NCBI GenBank assembly: GCA_038231275.1
Contig: JBBRLQ010000021.1
Location: 32,001-96,000, forward strand
Length of the DNA: 64,000 nt
Source of the DNA: Polyangiales bacterium
GTDB lineage: Bacteria; Myxococcota_A; Polyangia; Polyangiales; Polyangiaceae
Direction of reading: 5' to 3'
This document shows, piece after piece, positions 10,501 through 20,461 of this stretch (position 1 is the stretch's first letter; every line of letters begins with the position of its first letter). The position numbers and the translations under genes were made by a program. The notes under the pieces are model-generated. The model ran no database searches. It was not told the origin of the DNA and saw only the letters and a list, made by a program, of their open reading frames with translations.

Positions 10501-13500
10501 CCTACGCGCTCGACGTGCTCGAGGACCTCGCCGCGCACGAGCCCGACGCGGTGCGTAGCGGTGTCATCGCCGCCGAGGGCGCCCGCGTCGCGCTGTCGCT
10601 CGGCGATCACGCGCGCGCGATGGATCTCGCGCGTCGCGCGCTCCAACAAAACCCGAACCTCGGCGACGCGCTGGAGATCGTCGAGCGCTGCGCTGGCGCG
10701 ACGGGAAGGCTCCTCGAGCTCAGCTCGAGCTACGACGAACTCGCGCGTCGCGCCCTCGGGAGGTTCGGCCGCCGTGCCGCGCACTACCGCGGCGCGCGCT
10801 TCTTCGAGCATCGCGGGCGCCTGGACCTCGCGCTGAAGCACGCGGCCGAAGCGTTCACGGCGGTGCCGTCCGAGGGGAGCACGCTCGCGCTCCTCTCGCG
10901 CGCGGCCGATCGCGCCGGCTCGCGGACGGTGGCGGTCCGCGCGATCGAGCAGGTCGCGGAGCTGGCGCGAGGTCCGCACGCACGCGCGGCGTGGTTGCTC
11001 CGCGCGGCCCACGTCGCAGGCGGGGGCGAGGAGGGGGCGCGCCAACGCTTCGACGTGCTTCTCCGCGCCGTCATGCTCTCGCCCGACAACGCCACGCTCG
11101 CGTACCTCGCGGAGACGGCGCGCGAGCTGCTCCAGCTCGTCCCCGACGAGCGCGAGGTCGTGCAGCTTCGCCTGTCTCGCGCGAGCACCGCGCTCGGCAA
11201 GAAGATCGACGGGCCCGAGGGCGCGCGCGTCGCCATCGCCTTCGCCGAGCTGTCGATCGACCTCTTCGGCGACGCGGAGGGCGCTCTCGAGGCGATCGAA
11301 CGCGCTCTGTCCGCCGACGGCGATCTCGAGGAGTTTGCGCGGCTCGTGCCGCGGGTCGCCATGCTGGCGCGGTCCGACGCGGCGCCCGAGTCGCTCCGGC
11401 GCGCGATGGATGCCGCGCAGAAGCCGTACGCGAACGTCGGCGTGCCGGCGCTGAAGATGCTGAGCGCGCTCGCCGGCGCCCTGGGCGACATCCCGATCCG
11501 CACCAAGGCGCTCGTGATGGCCGTCGAGAAGGACAACGACGACGAGCGCTTGGTCTACGAGGCCGACGAGGCGCTCTCTACGTGCCGCGATCCCGAGCTG
11601 CTCGCGCGCTTCGCGAAGAAGGTCCCGGACGAAAAGCGCGTCGACTCCATGCGGGCCCACGCGCGCGAAGAGTCGGCGGCCGGTCGTCACGACGCGGCGA
11701 TCTCGGCGCTCGAGCGCGCGGTCGAGCGGGCAGGGATGGCCTCGCGCCGCGAGGTCGAAGCGGAGCTGCAGCGTGAGTACGACGCCGTCGGCTTCGGACC
11801 GGACGTCGAGGGTCGGCTCCTGCGCGAGGCCAAGGACCAGAACGCGCCGATCGTGACGCGCGCCGACAAGTGGGCGGAGATCGCGCAAGGCCGCGAGGAG
11901 ATCGGCGACGTGAGCGGCGCCGCCGATGCGCTCGGCTCCGCGACGTCGCTGGATCCCGAGCCGCTCGGCAGGTGGAGCGAGCTGGAGCGGGTCGCCGAGC
12001 TCTCACACCGGCATGACCTCCGCGTCGCTGCGCTCAAGACTCTGGTCGAGCGCCTCGGGGGCGCCGAGCAGGCCGTCCCGACGTTGAAGCGCCTCGCGCG
12101 GGCCCTCGAGGCGCATGGCGATGCCACCGACGCCGAGGCGACGTGGCGACGCATCGGCGGGCTCGAGCCGCTCGACGAGGAGGTCGACTACGCCATCGAA
12201 GCGCTCGTCACCGCGCGCGGCGACTACCGCGAGCTCGCGGCGCAGCTCGAACGCCGCGCCGAGCGCCTCGGGCAGAACAGCGCAACGCGCGACGCGCTCC
12301 GGCCCGTGCGATTGAGGCGCGCCGCCATCCTGGAGCAGCGCCTCGATCGCGTCGCCGAGGCATGCGAGGAGCTGGAGCGCCTCCTCGCCGAGTGGCCGGA
12401 CAACGAGGCTGCGCTGTCGTATTTGGCGGATCTGTACGAACGCACGGAGCAACCGTCGCGGGCCGTTCCGCTGTGGCAGCGCGTCGCCAACCTCGTGCAC
12501 GATCCGGAGCATCGCGCGGAGCTCGTCTTGCGCGGCGCGCGCGCAAGCATGGCGGCCGGCGAGCTGGAGGCGGCGCTCGACCGGGTGCGCCAGGCCCTCT
12601 CCTTGCGACCGCAAGACCCCGAGGCACTCGAGCTTCGCGTCGAGCTCGCGCGTCAGATGAAGAGCTCCGGGGAGCTCGGCGACGCGCTCGACGATCTGGT
12701 GTCGGCGTCGGCCGACGACGCGAAGGTGCGCAGCGACATGCTGGTCGAGGCTGCGCAGGCCGCGGCCCGCGCGGGCGACGTGCAGGCCGCGCTGGAGCGC
12801 GCCCCGCGAGCCGCCGACGTCGCGCCGCAACGCGCCAAGACCCAGCTCTTCGCGCGTGGCCTCGAGTACCGCATGCGCGGCGCCGGCGCGCCCGACGAGG
12901 CCCGCGCGACGATCGATGCGCTCGGGAAGATCGCCGAGGGCCTCGACGTCGAGGACGCGGCGCTCCAGACCTTCCTCCTCGCCGAGGCGCTCGACGCAGT
13001 CCAGGGCGGCGGCGCGGGTCTGCGGAAGCTCAGCGAACGCTACGCCGAGCTCGGCGCGCACCCGCTCGTCGCCGTCGCGATGGCCGAGCGCCTCGTCGCG
13101 CAGTGGACTTTCGCGACCGCGGTGCCCCTGTTCGAGGCGGCGCTGAGGGGGAACCTCCTCGGACTCCGGCGGCGCGGGATCGTCGCCCTCGCGGCCGCGG
13201 ACGCTGCGGCGCGCTGCGAGCGCACGGCCGACGCGATGCGGTTCCTCGACGAGGCGGCCGCCGATCCCGAGACACGCGCCGCGGCGCTCCGGCGGATCGC
13301 GCAGCTCGCCGCGGCGGGAGGCGACATCGAGCGCTCGCGCAAGGTGCTCCTCGAGCTCGCGCGAACGGCGGAGGGGGCCGATCGCGCGCGGACCCTCGCG
13401 CAGCTCGGACGAACGCTGTTCACGTCGCCGGAGCCGCAGGATCGCCTGGACGCGGTGCAGGTCTTCGTAGAGGCGATCGGCGCCGCGGCCGACGCGCCGG

Positions 13501-14903
13501 ATCTCGTGCAGGATCTGGAGGCCGAGCTGCGCGAGCTACGGCGCCGCCAGTCGATGTCGCCGCAGGCGATGGCGTCCCTGCCGCCTCCCGAGCTCGTACG
13601 CGATTCGCAGCCGGTTCGCGTCGAAGGTGCGCCCTCTAGCCCTGCGTTGCCGGCGGCGCCGCTCTCGGTGCGCGATCTCGAGCTCGCGGTCGAGTCGGCG
13701 ACGGTGCCGTCGGAGCGCGCCGCGCGGCGTGTCGCGCTCGCCTCGGCCAAGCTCGACGAGGGGCAGCTCGACGAGGCCGAGAAGATCCTGATGCAAGCCT
13801 TCGTCGAAGGGTCCCTCGAGGCCGGCGACATGCTCGCAGGGCAGCTCGAGGCGCAAGCCGGCCGCGCGTCCGAGCTCGTGCGCGTCCGTCGCCAGCTCGT
13901 CGACATGGTGCCCGGGGATCTGCGCCGCCTCGAGGCGCTCGTCGGCGCGGCACACGCCGATCACAACGGCGTCTACGCGCGCGCGCTGGAGCACGTGCAG
14001 CGCGCCTTCGACCCGGGCGCCGGGCCGGTGCCGCCGCCGCCGCTCACCGCGCAAGCGGAGCAACCGAATATCCTGCGAATGCTGGTGCGCCACTCGTACG
14101 AGCCGGCCGGCGAGGCGCTCGCGCTCGCGTGGGAGGGCGCCGCCGCGACCTTCGCGAAGACGCCGCAGGTGTACGGCCTCACTGGCCTGGAGCGCGTCGT
14201 TCCCGGCGCGTCGTCGACGGTCGCGCGCTTGTACGAGATCGCCGTGCGCCTCCTCGACGCGCCGCGCATTCCGCTCTTCGTGCGGCGCGCGCTGAGCCCG
14301 CTGTCGCACTCGGTGGCGCTCCTCCAGCCGCCGTCGGCGATCCTCTCCGGCGACACGCGCGACGACGGTCCCGAGCTGCGCTTCGTTCTGGGTCAGGCAC
14401 TCTCGAGCGCGTTGCCGCACAACGCGCTGGTGCTCGGCCTCGGCGACCCCGAGGCACGGCGCGTATGGACGGCGCTCCATGGCGCGTTCGGTCCGCCCGA
14501 GATGGGCCGCGAGCTCGACGGCGAGAGCGGGAAAATGGCGGAGAACTTCTGGCACGTCTTGCCGCCGCGCAGCCAACGGCGGCTGAAGGAGCTGCTCGGC
14601 GGCGGTCCCAAGACGCGCTTCGAGCTCGTCGCCGAGCGCGCGCGGCAGAGCGGTCGGCGGGTCGGCCTCTACCTCACCGGTGACGTCGCGTTCGCGGCGC
14701 GCGCGCTCGTGCGGGAGCACCCCGACGTGGCGTCGGTCGAGGAGCTCTCGTCGGAGGGCGGGGTCGCCCAAGTGGCGTCGCGACTGCCGTCCCTCGCGGA
14801 CCTGTTCCGCCTCGCGGTGCGCCCCGAGTACGCGGACGCGCGGTGGCACCCCGAGACCCCCGCGTCGCGCCGGCTCGGCAGCGGAAGGGCGAAGCCCCTG
14901 TGA
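7554..14903 (+). CDS. Giant TPR-repeat protein (2449 aa) with C-terminal degenerate M48-like domain
   Basis: Uninterrupted 7.35-kb ORF with GC3-biased codons and TPR-type Ala/Leu helical repeats. C-terminal ELRFVLGQAL...RRVGLYLTGD. Confidence 0.85.
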   Translation: MDGPVTEGAPETGGDAPSTKVETLPPPEWTGPSVQTRGRQSHAPPPVQRRTGRRAEEATVRARLDDARRDGNQTLVRQLATELARALAARERDLDEASTLAHEALGVAEDDGLRRELSAWLESLGDPGLAAAELRTLAKRAASEPQTAAALLLQVGILRARAGDAIGADEAFAEAAELDPSDARACELVGALSAWAPEVVPARAAASAYVEAAARRGAEGWDSSKEAQLENLLRAVETDPSHEPAVRALSVALDARGRPIAADEVWRAHAHVIARESPERARAIHAQRRRAAVETEDIARALGAALDEGLDGVHDGEDAARFDDLLLRTGLFEVLAERLALAAERTGERTGRARRYEELARLWEGPLASRTRAARAYADAVAASPGHEGATAALVEHVARTRDAEPLVDGLARAIAQDDGGDEGVRRGRLVSARALARVAEDDLHAPGIANWAHEQALALAPAGSVEHAEARAGMRRTQPGVNQKVGDLVRVRDGLSAGSEAVRVDALRTIVGILRGLPGDSDILAEMLDELARVRPAEHDVALDAARVHAGRGDVAAARALAQAVADDTKGSVEDRTAAGLMLAKLARAAGEPEHAQRATRQLLDLAPRSREVAAVAWANASLAGDRQTRAVALRELGAAATSRLSAVLLAVAAEELAAAGQLDEARRAAERGCQADPHDARCASALAWILSHAETLDRAGAVALERAIATGVVTAASSASLARAMEELGESDPAVAWTQRLVTLSPGDKAKIQLLFERTLRAKEPSRVADAFAWSLSQPLPGHELAELLAPSLIALSTLDPDRAVVAARRTLDVLGPRDAGLRATLRDVAARANDAAFGAAVVERWLAAGAQVSDRPALLAELAEQRAKAGDPDGEARALARALREGAPAADLADRVVTLTGETLSADGELAWLAARAEVLVARGDNAGAARALRELGGAAWDLADDRASAVGAWIRAAKIAPARGYMTLGLDLARFADGPYALDVLEDLAAHEPDAVRSGVIAAEGARVALSLGDHARAMDLARRALQQNPNLGDALEIVERCAGATGRLLELSSSYDELARRALGRFGRRAAHYRGARFFEHRGRLDLALKHAAEAFTAVPSEGSTLALLSRAADRAGSRTVAVRAIEQVAELARGPHARAAWLLRAAHVAGGGEEGARQRFDVLLRAVMLSPDNATLAYLAETARELLQLVPDEREVVQLRLSRASTALGKKIDGPEGARVAIAFAELSIDLFGDAEGALEAIERALSADGDLEEFARLVPRVAMLARSDAAPESLRRAMDAAQKPYANVGVPALKMLSALAGALGDIPIRTKALVMAVEKDNDDERLVYEADEALSTCRDPELLARFAKKVPDEKRVDSMRAHAREESAAGRHDAAISALERAVERAGMASRREVEAELQREYDAVGFGPDVEGRLLREAKDQNAPIVTRADKWAEIAQGREEIGDVSGAADALGSATSLDPEPLGRWSELERVAELSHRHDLRVAALKTLVERLGGAEQAVPTLKRLARALEAHGDATDAEATWRRIGGLEPLDEEVDYAIEALVTARGDYRELAAQLERRAERLGQNSATRDALRPVRLRRAAILEQRLDRVAEACEELERLLAEWPDNEAALSYLADLYERTEQPSRAVPLWQRVANLVHDPEHRAELVLRGARASMAAGELEAALDRVRQALSLRPQDPEALELRVELARQMKSSGELGDALDDLVSASADDAKVRSDMLVEAAQAAARAGDVQAALERAPRAADVAPQRAKTQLFARGLEYRMRGAGAPDEARATIDALGKIAEGLDVEDAALQTFLLAEALDAVQGGGAGLRKLSERYAELGAHPLVAVAMAERLVAQWTFATAVPLFEAALRGNLLGLRRRGIVALAAADAAARCERTADAMRFLDEAAADPETRAAALRRIAQLAAAGGDIERSRKVLLELARTAEGADRARTLAQLGRTLFTSPEPQDRLDAVQVFVEAIGAAADAPDLVQDLEAELRELRRRQSMSPQAMASLPPPELVRDSQPVRVEGAPSSPALPAAPLSVRDLELAVESATVPSERAARRVALASAKLDEGQLDEAEKILMQAFVEGSLEAGDMLAGQLEAQAGRASELVRVRRQLVDMVPGDLRRLEALVGAAHADHNGVYARALEHVQRAFDPGAGPVPPPPLTAQAEQPNILRMLVRHSYEPAGEALALAWEGAAATFAKTPQVYGLTGLERVVPGASSTVARLYEIAVRLLDAPRIPLFVRRALSPLSHSVALLQPPSAILSGDTRDDGPELRFVLGQALSSALPHNALVLGLGDPEARRVWTALHGAFGPPEMGRELDGESGKMAENFWHVLPPRSQRRLKELLGGGPKTRFELVAERARQSGRRVGLYLTGDVAFAARALVREHPDVASVEELSSEGGVAQVASRLPSLADLFRLAVRPEYADARWHPETPASRRLGSGRAKPL

Positions 14904-15511
14904 ACGTGCGGCGCAGGCACGCAGCAGCAGCGGCCGTCGCGACGATCTGCGCGTCGCTGGCGGCCGCGTGCATCATCGCAGATCCCTCGACCGATTTCCC
15001 GCTGCCGCCCGATCGCCGCCCTACGATCATTCGCGACCACGCGGTGCCGCCGACGTCGCGCGTCCTGGGAGATCTCCCCCCGAATTTCACGTTCCTGATC
15101 GATGTCGAGGCCGACCCGACCAAGACGGTCTACTGGCACCTCTTCGTCGACTACGACGACTTCCACCAGAACGGCCCGCCGGCGGGGCTCGTCGGGCGCG
15201 ACAAATCCGATCCGCAGATCGGAGCCGACGCGGGCGTGAGGCAGATCGCGCTTCAACCCGACATTCCGTTCGCGCCCGATCCAGGGCGGTGCCACGTCAT
15301 CGAGGCGCTCGTCGCGCTCTCGTTCCAGTTCGATGTCGGCGCACAGGCGCACGCGTTCAAGCCGCCGGGCGGTGACAGCATCGTTTGGTTTTACAGCCCG
15401 ACGGGCGATCTCAGCGGGTGCCCGGTCTTCGACGCGGGCATCGATGGCGGCAGCGGCCCCGACAGCGCAGGGGCGCCCAAGGTGACCGAGGGAGGAGGAG
15501 GCTCCGGATGA
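14900..15511 (+). CDS. Hypothetical lipoprotein
   Basis: GTGA overlap with the upstream stop; LAAA-C lipobox; C-terminal FDAGIDGG tract. Confidence 0.75.
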   Translation: MNVRRRHAAAAAVATICASLAAACIIADPSTDFPLPPDRRPTIIRDHAVPPTSRVLGDLPPNFTFLIDVEADPTKTVYWHLFVDYDDFHQNGPPAGLVGRDKSDPQIGADAGVRQIALQPDIPFAPDPGRCHVIEALVALSFQFDVGAQAHAFKPPGGDSIVWFYSPTGDLSGCPVFDAGIDGGSGPDSAGAPKVTEGGGGSG

Positions 15512-17475
15512 GGCCGGGAGCGTCGCTGGCATTCGTCGCGATCGTCGCCGCGTGCGCGCCGGTCGGCACGGGGTCGAGCGCGGTCGTCGTCCGCAACACC
15601 TGCTCGGCGACCTCCGATTGCGCGGCATACAAGCAGATCAGCGGCGCGCTCAAGTGCTCCGACACCAACGTGTGCCAGGCCCGGGCGGCGTTGGATCTCA
15701 CGTTCGTCATGACCCTGCCCGACGGTGCGGTCTACGCTCCCGGTCACACGTTCGTGGCGAAGCTCGCGAGTCTCCCCAACGGCCGCGGTTGCCCGCCGGC
15801 GCCCGGCTGCGTCACGCGGGCGTTGCCGTCGCTCGGCGAGTTCGCCGGTGTCTACACGGCGACGACCGGGGTCCAGTCGACCGCCAACTTCTACCTCGGC
15901 ACGGGCGTTCGCTCGCTGCCCACGCAGCCGACATTTCGCCACGCGTGGTCCTTCGTCGACGGCGCGCTGCCAATCGACATGGATCTCCTGGGAATGACTC
16001 TTCAGCCCCTCGTCGCGGCGCACGTGTTGAACGACGAGCAGCTGTATCCGTCGCCCAGCCTCACGGACAAGAACGTCGCGGCGCCGAGCATCGGCTTCGA
16101 CATCCTGCTGCCTGCAGGACAATACGAGGAGACGCTGGCTCCGGTGTGGCCGTTCTCGGTCGCGTTTCCGCCGATCGTGTCGCAAGGCGCGACCCCGAGA
16201 CCGGGGCCTCTCGCCAAGCGCGACCCGAACGACTTCCAGAACGCCGCGCTCGGGGGCGGGTCATCGGGCCCGTCGCTCACGGCGAACGCGCACTTCGTCA
16301 CGGTGACGCGTGGCGCTGGGCTCTCGCTCGCAGGGTGGACGTTGCTGCTCCGCGACTCGCTGACCAAGCGCGCCATCTCGTCGGCGCCGCGCCTCACCAC
16401 CGCGGATCGAGTGACCCTGTTCACGGTGAACCAGCTCGCGCCGAGCGACAGCGGAAAAGGGGAGACGATCCGTGACGCCGTCGAGCTCGTGCTCTCGCCG
16501 CCGGCTGACGAGAGTCCGCGCCTCCCCGAGCTCGTCCTCCCGGCGCTCGCCAACCGCGTGCCGCCAGTCGCCCCGTATCCGCTCCTGCCGTTTCAAGCGC
16601 TCGTGGACGGCATCGTCCTCGCCGACGACGGCGGCGGTGTGCAGTCCGACGTCGTGCTCGTGTCCCAGGAGATCGCGATGCTCGACAGCGAGCTCAGCGC
16701 GAGCGACGTGAGCTTCGTCGATCACTTCTCGACGAACGCCGGAGGGCTCTTCACGCGCTCGCTTCCACCAGGAAAGTACACGGCCATCGTCTCGCCTCCG
16801 CTGGCGACGGGTCTCGGCAAGACCATTTCGGTGCTCGACGTGGGGACCCCGACCGCTCCTGGTCAGCACCAGGGGCGGAAGACGCTGCGCCTGGCGCGGC
16901 CGGATCTCCTGCGCGGCACCGTGCGCGTCGCGGACGGGCGGGTCATGCCGGACGCCGAGGTAGAAGCGCATCCGGCGGCTCTCTTGCCGTATTCCGTGGA
17001 TCTCGACGCGCGCGACCCGCGCAGGTGGCCGCGGATCGTGCGGACGCGGACGAACGGGGCAGGGGACTTCGTGCTGCCCGTCGATCCGGGCGGCACCTTC
17101 GACGTCGTCGTGCGCCCTCCGGCGGGCACGGGCTTTCCGTGGGTGGTGATCCAAACGGTGACGTCCCCGAGCGCGGACCTCGCGCTGGAGATCCCCGCGC
17201 CGGTCGTCGTCTCCGCCACGCTTCAGGATCCGAGCGGACTGCCCGCCGCGCAGGCGTTCATCCAAGCGTACGTGGGCGTGCCGTCGGCCATCCCCGGCGC
17301 GCAGTGCACGCTCGACAACGACGCCCTGCAACCCAAGCGCGATGGGACGTGTCCCGCCAATACGCCGCGATGCTTGTCGGGCCGTTGCTTCGCGGTTGTG
17401 GGACTCGAGATAGGCAGGACGCGGACCGACGATCTCGGGCGATTTACGCTGTTTGTGGACGGCACACCGCGTTGA
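15508..17475 (+). CDS. Lipoprotein with carboxypeptidase-regulatory-like beta-sandwich repeats
   Basis: ATGA overlap; VAA-C lipobox; repeated G-x-V...TxxxGxF...L.PG.Y motifs (TNAGGLF, TNGAGDF, TDDLGRF). Confidence 0.75.
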   Translation: MRPGASLAFVAIVAACAPVGTGSSAVVVRNTCSATSDCAAYKQISGALKCSDTNVCQARAALDLTFVMTLPDGAVYAPGHTFVAKLASLPNGRGCPPAPGCVTRALPSLGEFAGVYTATTGVQSTANFYLGTGVRSLPTQPTFRHAWSFVDGALPIDMDLLGMTLQPLVAAHVLNDEQLYPSPSLTDKNVAAPSIGFDILLPAGQYEETLAPVWPFSVAFPPIVSQGATPRPGPLAKRDPNDFQNAALGGGSSGPSLTANAHFVTVTRGAGLSLAGWTLLLRDSLTKRAISSAPRLTTADRVTLFTVNQLAPSDSGKGETIRDAVELVLSPPADESPRLPELVLPALANRVPPVAPYPLLPFQALVDGIVLADDGGGVQSDVVLVSQEIAMLDSELSASDVSFVDHFSTNAGGLFTRSLPPGKYTAIVSPPLATGLGKTISVLDVGTPTAPGQHQGRKTLRLARPDLLRGTVRVADGRVMPDAEVEAHPAALLPYSVDLDARDPRRWPRIVRTRTNGAGDFVLPVDPGGTFDVVVRPPAGTGFPWVVIQTVTSPSADLALEIPAPVVVSATLQDPSGLPAAQAFIQAYVGVPSAIPGAQCTLDNDALQPKRDGTCPANTPRCLSGRCFAVVGLEIGRTRTDDLGRFTLFVDGTPR

Positions 17476-17535
17476 CGCGCGCGCCCGCAATCTCAATTGC
17501 GTGGGCTCATCCTCTGATACACTCGCCGGTAGCTC

Positions 17536-18105
17536 ATGGATACGGAAGAGAAGATCAACCTCCTGGCGCGTGTGGCGGCCCGAAGCACTGCCGTCGGCGA
17601 GGGAGGCTCGCCGCCGGTGAGCATCCTCACGCTCGCGGCGGCGTCGTACGGATCACGCCCCTCCGACGAGGCGACCGTACCGACCGGCTTCGATCCGCAG
17701 GCGTGCGCGCTCTTCGAGTCGATCGTAGAAGGGGCGTTCCTCGTCGCCTCGGCCGACGGCGTCATCGACGAGCAGGAGCGAAAGACGTTCGAGAAGGTCG
17801 TGACGACGGCGTGCGGGGGAGCGGTGCCGCCCCAGGCGATCAGCGCGCTCGTGTCCGATTTGACCGATCAGCTGTCGGAGGACGGCCTCGATGCGCGGGT
17901 GAAGGCGGTCGCCGAGCATGCGCATCGGCCCGAGCACGGGCGAGAGGTGCTGCGCATCGCCGCGTTGATCGCGCAGGTGAGCGAGAGCGTGAGCGACGTG
18001 GAGCGCGCGGTGCTCGCGAAGATCGCGCAGGCGTGCGGGATGCAGGCGTCCGACGTCGAGTTGGCGTTGTCGGACGTGAGGTCGGCGCTAGCGGCGACGG
18101 GGTAG
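17536..18105 (+). CDS. TerB-family (tellurite resistance-like) protein
   Basis: AFLVASADGVIDEQE and a second IAQVSESVSDVERAVL motif. Confidence 0.8.
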   Translation: MDTEEKINLLARVAARSTAVGEGGSPPVSILTLAAASYGSRPSDEATVPTGFDPQACALFESIVEGAFLVASADGVIDEQERKTFEKVVTTACGGAVPPQAISALVSDLTDQLSEDGLDARVKAVAEHAHRPEHGREVLRIAALIAQVSESVSDVERAVLAKIAQACGMQASDVELALSDVRSALAATG

Positions 18106-18106
18106 C

Positions 18107-20401
18107 CTACAGCGCCTTCATCGCCTCTTCGAACAGCTCCGCCTCGCTCGCGCGCCCCTCTTCCCGTGCGTCCCGTGCGAGCCGCGCCAACACCTCGCGC
18201 TGCTTCGGCACCAATCGCGCGCGCCTCTCCGCCGGCGCATCCTCCAGCCGCCCGCTCAGCAGCGCGAACAGCTCCAAGCTTCTCCCAAGTCGCGACAGTC
18301 GATGCGCGAGCTCGTCGACCACGGCATCGTTCTCCGGATTCGCCTGCAGCGCGCGCGTCAGCTCCTCCACGCGCGTCTCGTCGTCCTTCGGATCGAGCTC
18401 CGCGGCGAGAGGCTCGACGACGCGCGGCGCCATCTCGGCTCCGGCCTCCACCGCCGCTGCCGGTACCTCCACGGGCGGCCTGCCGACGATGCGCAGTCCG
18501 ATCTTCCGATACGCGTCCTCGACCACGGCGTCGCGCGGTCGCAAGCGCAGCGCGCACGCGAGGTGGCGCTGGGCGGCGAGCAGATCGCCCTGCACCGTGT
18601 CTTCGAACGTCGCGCCCTCCACGAGCAACGGGACCGCGTGGGCCGCGGCCACCGCCGCGCCATCGAGCGAGCCCGCGAGCTCGCGCAGCCTCGCGAACGC
18701 GAGAGATGCGCCGGCCAGATCGCCGAGCGCCGCGCGCCATCGTCCTTCGAGGCCCCTCGCGACGAGCGCCTCCGGTGCGTGGTTGGGGATGGCGCGCACT
18801 CGAGCCACCGCGGCGGGACGGTCTCCGAGGGCATCGGCCAGCGCGCGCGCGAGATCGAGGAGCATCGCGTGGACCGGCTGCTGCGCCGCATCCGCGAGGT
18901 CCACGGCGCGCGCGAGCAGCGCAGCCCCCCGCGCGGCGCGTCCTTCGGCGACGAGCGCCGCCCCGAGCCCCGCGAGTCCCGACGGATCATCCGGCGCGTA
19001 CCGCAACGCGCGCTCGTAGAGAGGCAGCGACTCCGCCGCCACGCCCGCTGCCTGCCACGCGTCACCCGCGCGACGCCACACCGCGTACTTGTCGCGTGCG
19101 CCGGCCGCGAGAGCCTCCAAGTGCTCTACGTCCCCGAGAGCGTCCTCGAGCCGCCCCGACGAGAGCCGGCGTGCCACGCGACCCCATCGCAGCGGCGCGG
19201 CATCGGGCGCGCGTGCGATCGCGAGATCCAGCCAGATCAGGGCGTCCAAAGGATCCGTCGTCAGCTCTGCGGCGCGCGCGTACGCATTGGCCGCGAGGAG
19301 CGGCGCCTCCTCCTGCTCGCCTGCGCGCGCGAACGCCGCGATCGCGCCGCGCACGTCGCCGGACTCCGCCGACAGCTCCCCCGCGAGCACGCTCGCGCGC
19401 CCGTCTGGATCGCGCGACGCCTCGCGCAGCGTGAGCAAGGCGGCCTCGGCGCGCCCGCCCACGTGCGCGTCGATCTCGGCGATCCTGCGGCAAATCTCGG
19501 GGTGGCGCGGCGCGCGCTCTAGCGCCGCCAGATCCAGCGCCCGCGCGCGTTCGAGCTGCCCCGCGAGGCGCGCCTCGTCGGCCTCGCGCGTGATCGTCGC
19601 CGCCTCGATCGCGCGCGTCGCGTCGGCCGTCGTCGGGGCGGGGACGCCGTCGCGAAGTGCGTGCAGAATCCACGTATCGTCGTGCGCGGCGAGCGCGGTG
19701 ACGACGAGGCCGTCAGCGTCGGGCGCGCGCGCTCCGGCGTCGGGGAGGAGCGCGCGGGCCATGCGCGCGCCGAGCCCGGTCATGCGAAAGAGCGCGCCCT
19801 GACGCGCCGCGAGGCCGCCAAGGATCGCGTCCATCGCCCCGATCGCGAGCGCCGTCGCCGGTCGCGGCAGGCCTACGCCGCGCGCGTTCGTCACCGCGAG
19901 GCGGACCTCGTCGGCGCGTGCCTCCATCGCCACGTCGAACGCGACGACGCGCGGCTTCGCTTCGGCGTCCAGCACGTCGCCCACCTCGCTCACGCACACG
20001 ATCGCCCCCGCGCCACGCAGCGCGATCCACACGCGCGGCGCGTTCGGCGACAAGAGACCGCGCAGCCGCGGCGCGCACCATCCCTCGAGCGCCCTCGCGC
20101 TGACCTCGAGCGCGACGCGATCGAGCATGCCGCGCTTGTGACGGAACCGCGCGACGCCCCCCGAGACGTCGATCGGAAAGCGCGCGCTCGGCAAGCGAAC
20201 GGACAGCTCGGTCACCACCACGCATCCGAGACGCGCCGGTCGCGCGAGCTCGAGTCCCAGGCCCGTCTTCGCGATCGCGAGGCGAAGCTCGACCGCCGGC
20301 ACGTCGCGCCAGACCTCGGGCCGTGCCGCGGTGTTCACGTCGGCCGCGGCCATCGCGCGGCGATGCGCAGGCGGAGTCTTGGGGGCGTCGGAGATGCTCA
20401 C
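18107..20401 (-). CDS. TPR-repeat protein with uncharacterised N-terminal domain
   Basis: TPR motifs (LYERALRYAPDD, ALRLRPRD, ALQANPEND); TG-N-TACGAT extended -10 upstream. Confidence 0.75.
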   Translation of the reverse strand: MSISDAPKTPPAHRRAMAAADVNTAARPEVWRDVPAVELRLAIAKTGLGLELARPARLGCVVVTELSVRLPSARFPIDVSGGVARFRHKRGMLDRVALEVSARALEGWCAPRLRGLLSPNAPRVWIALRGAGAIVCVSEVGDVLDAEAKPRVVAFDVAMEARADEVRLAVTNARGVGLPRPATALAIGAMDAILGGLAARQGALFRMTGLGARMARALLPDAGARAPDADGLVVTALAAHDDTWILHALRDGVPAPTTADATRAIEAATITREADEARLAGQLERARALDLAALERAPRHPEICRRIAEIDAHVGGRAEAALLTLREASRDPDGRASVLAGELSAESGDVRGAIAAFARAGEQEEAPLLAANAYARAAELTTDPLDALIWLDLAIARAPDAAPLRWGRVARRLSSGRLEDALGDVEHLEALAAGARDKYAVWRRAGDAWQAAGVAAESLPLYERALRYAPDDPSGLAGLGAALVAEGRAARGAALLARAVDLADAAQQPVHAMLLDLARALADALGDRPAAVARVRAIPNHAPEALVARGLEGRWRAALGDLAGASLAFARLRELAGSLDGAAVAAAHAVPLLVEGATFEDTVQGDLLAAQRHLACALRLRPRDAVVEDAYRKIGLRIVGRPPVEVPAAAVEAGAEMAPRVVEPLAAELDPKDDETRVEELTRALQANPENDAVVDELAHRLSRLGRSLELFALLSGRLEDAPAERRARLVPKQREVLARLARDAREEGRASEAELFEEAMKAL

Positions 20402-20461
20402 TCCACGAAGGATCGTAGCAGGGGCCCACGAAACCCGCGATTTTCCGTGCTATGCGGAGGC

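Noticed and set aside
17536..18105. TerB as a tellurite-resistance or defence island
   Set aside because: It is a single gene with no other ter genes in the window.
19661..20461. N-terminal extension of the DinG ORF
   Set aside because: It is antisense to the TPR gene. Helicase similarity begins at GTG 20462.
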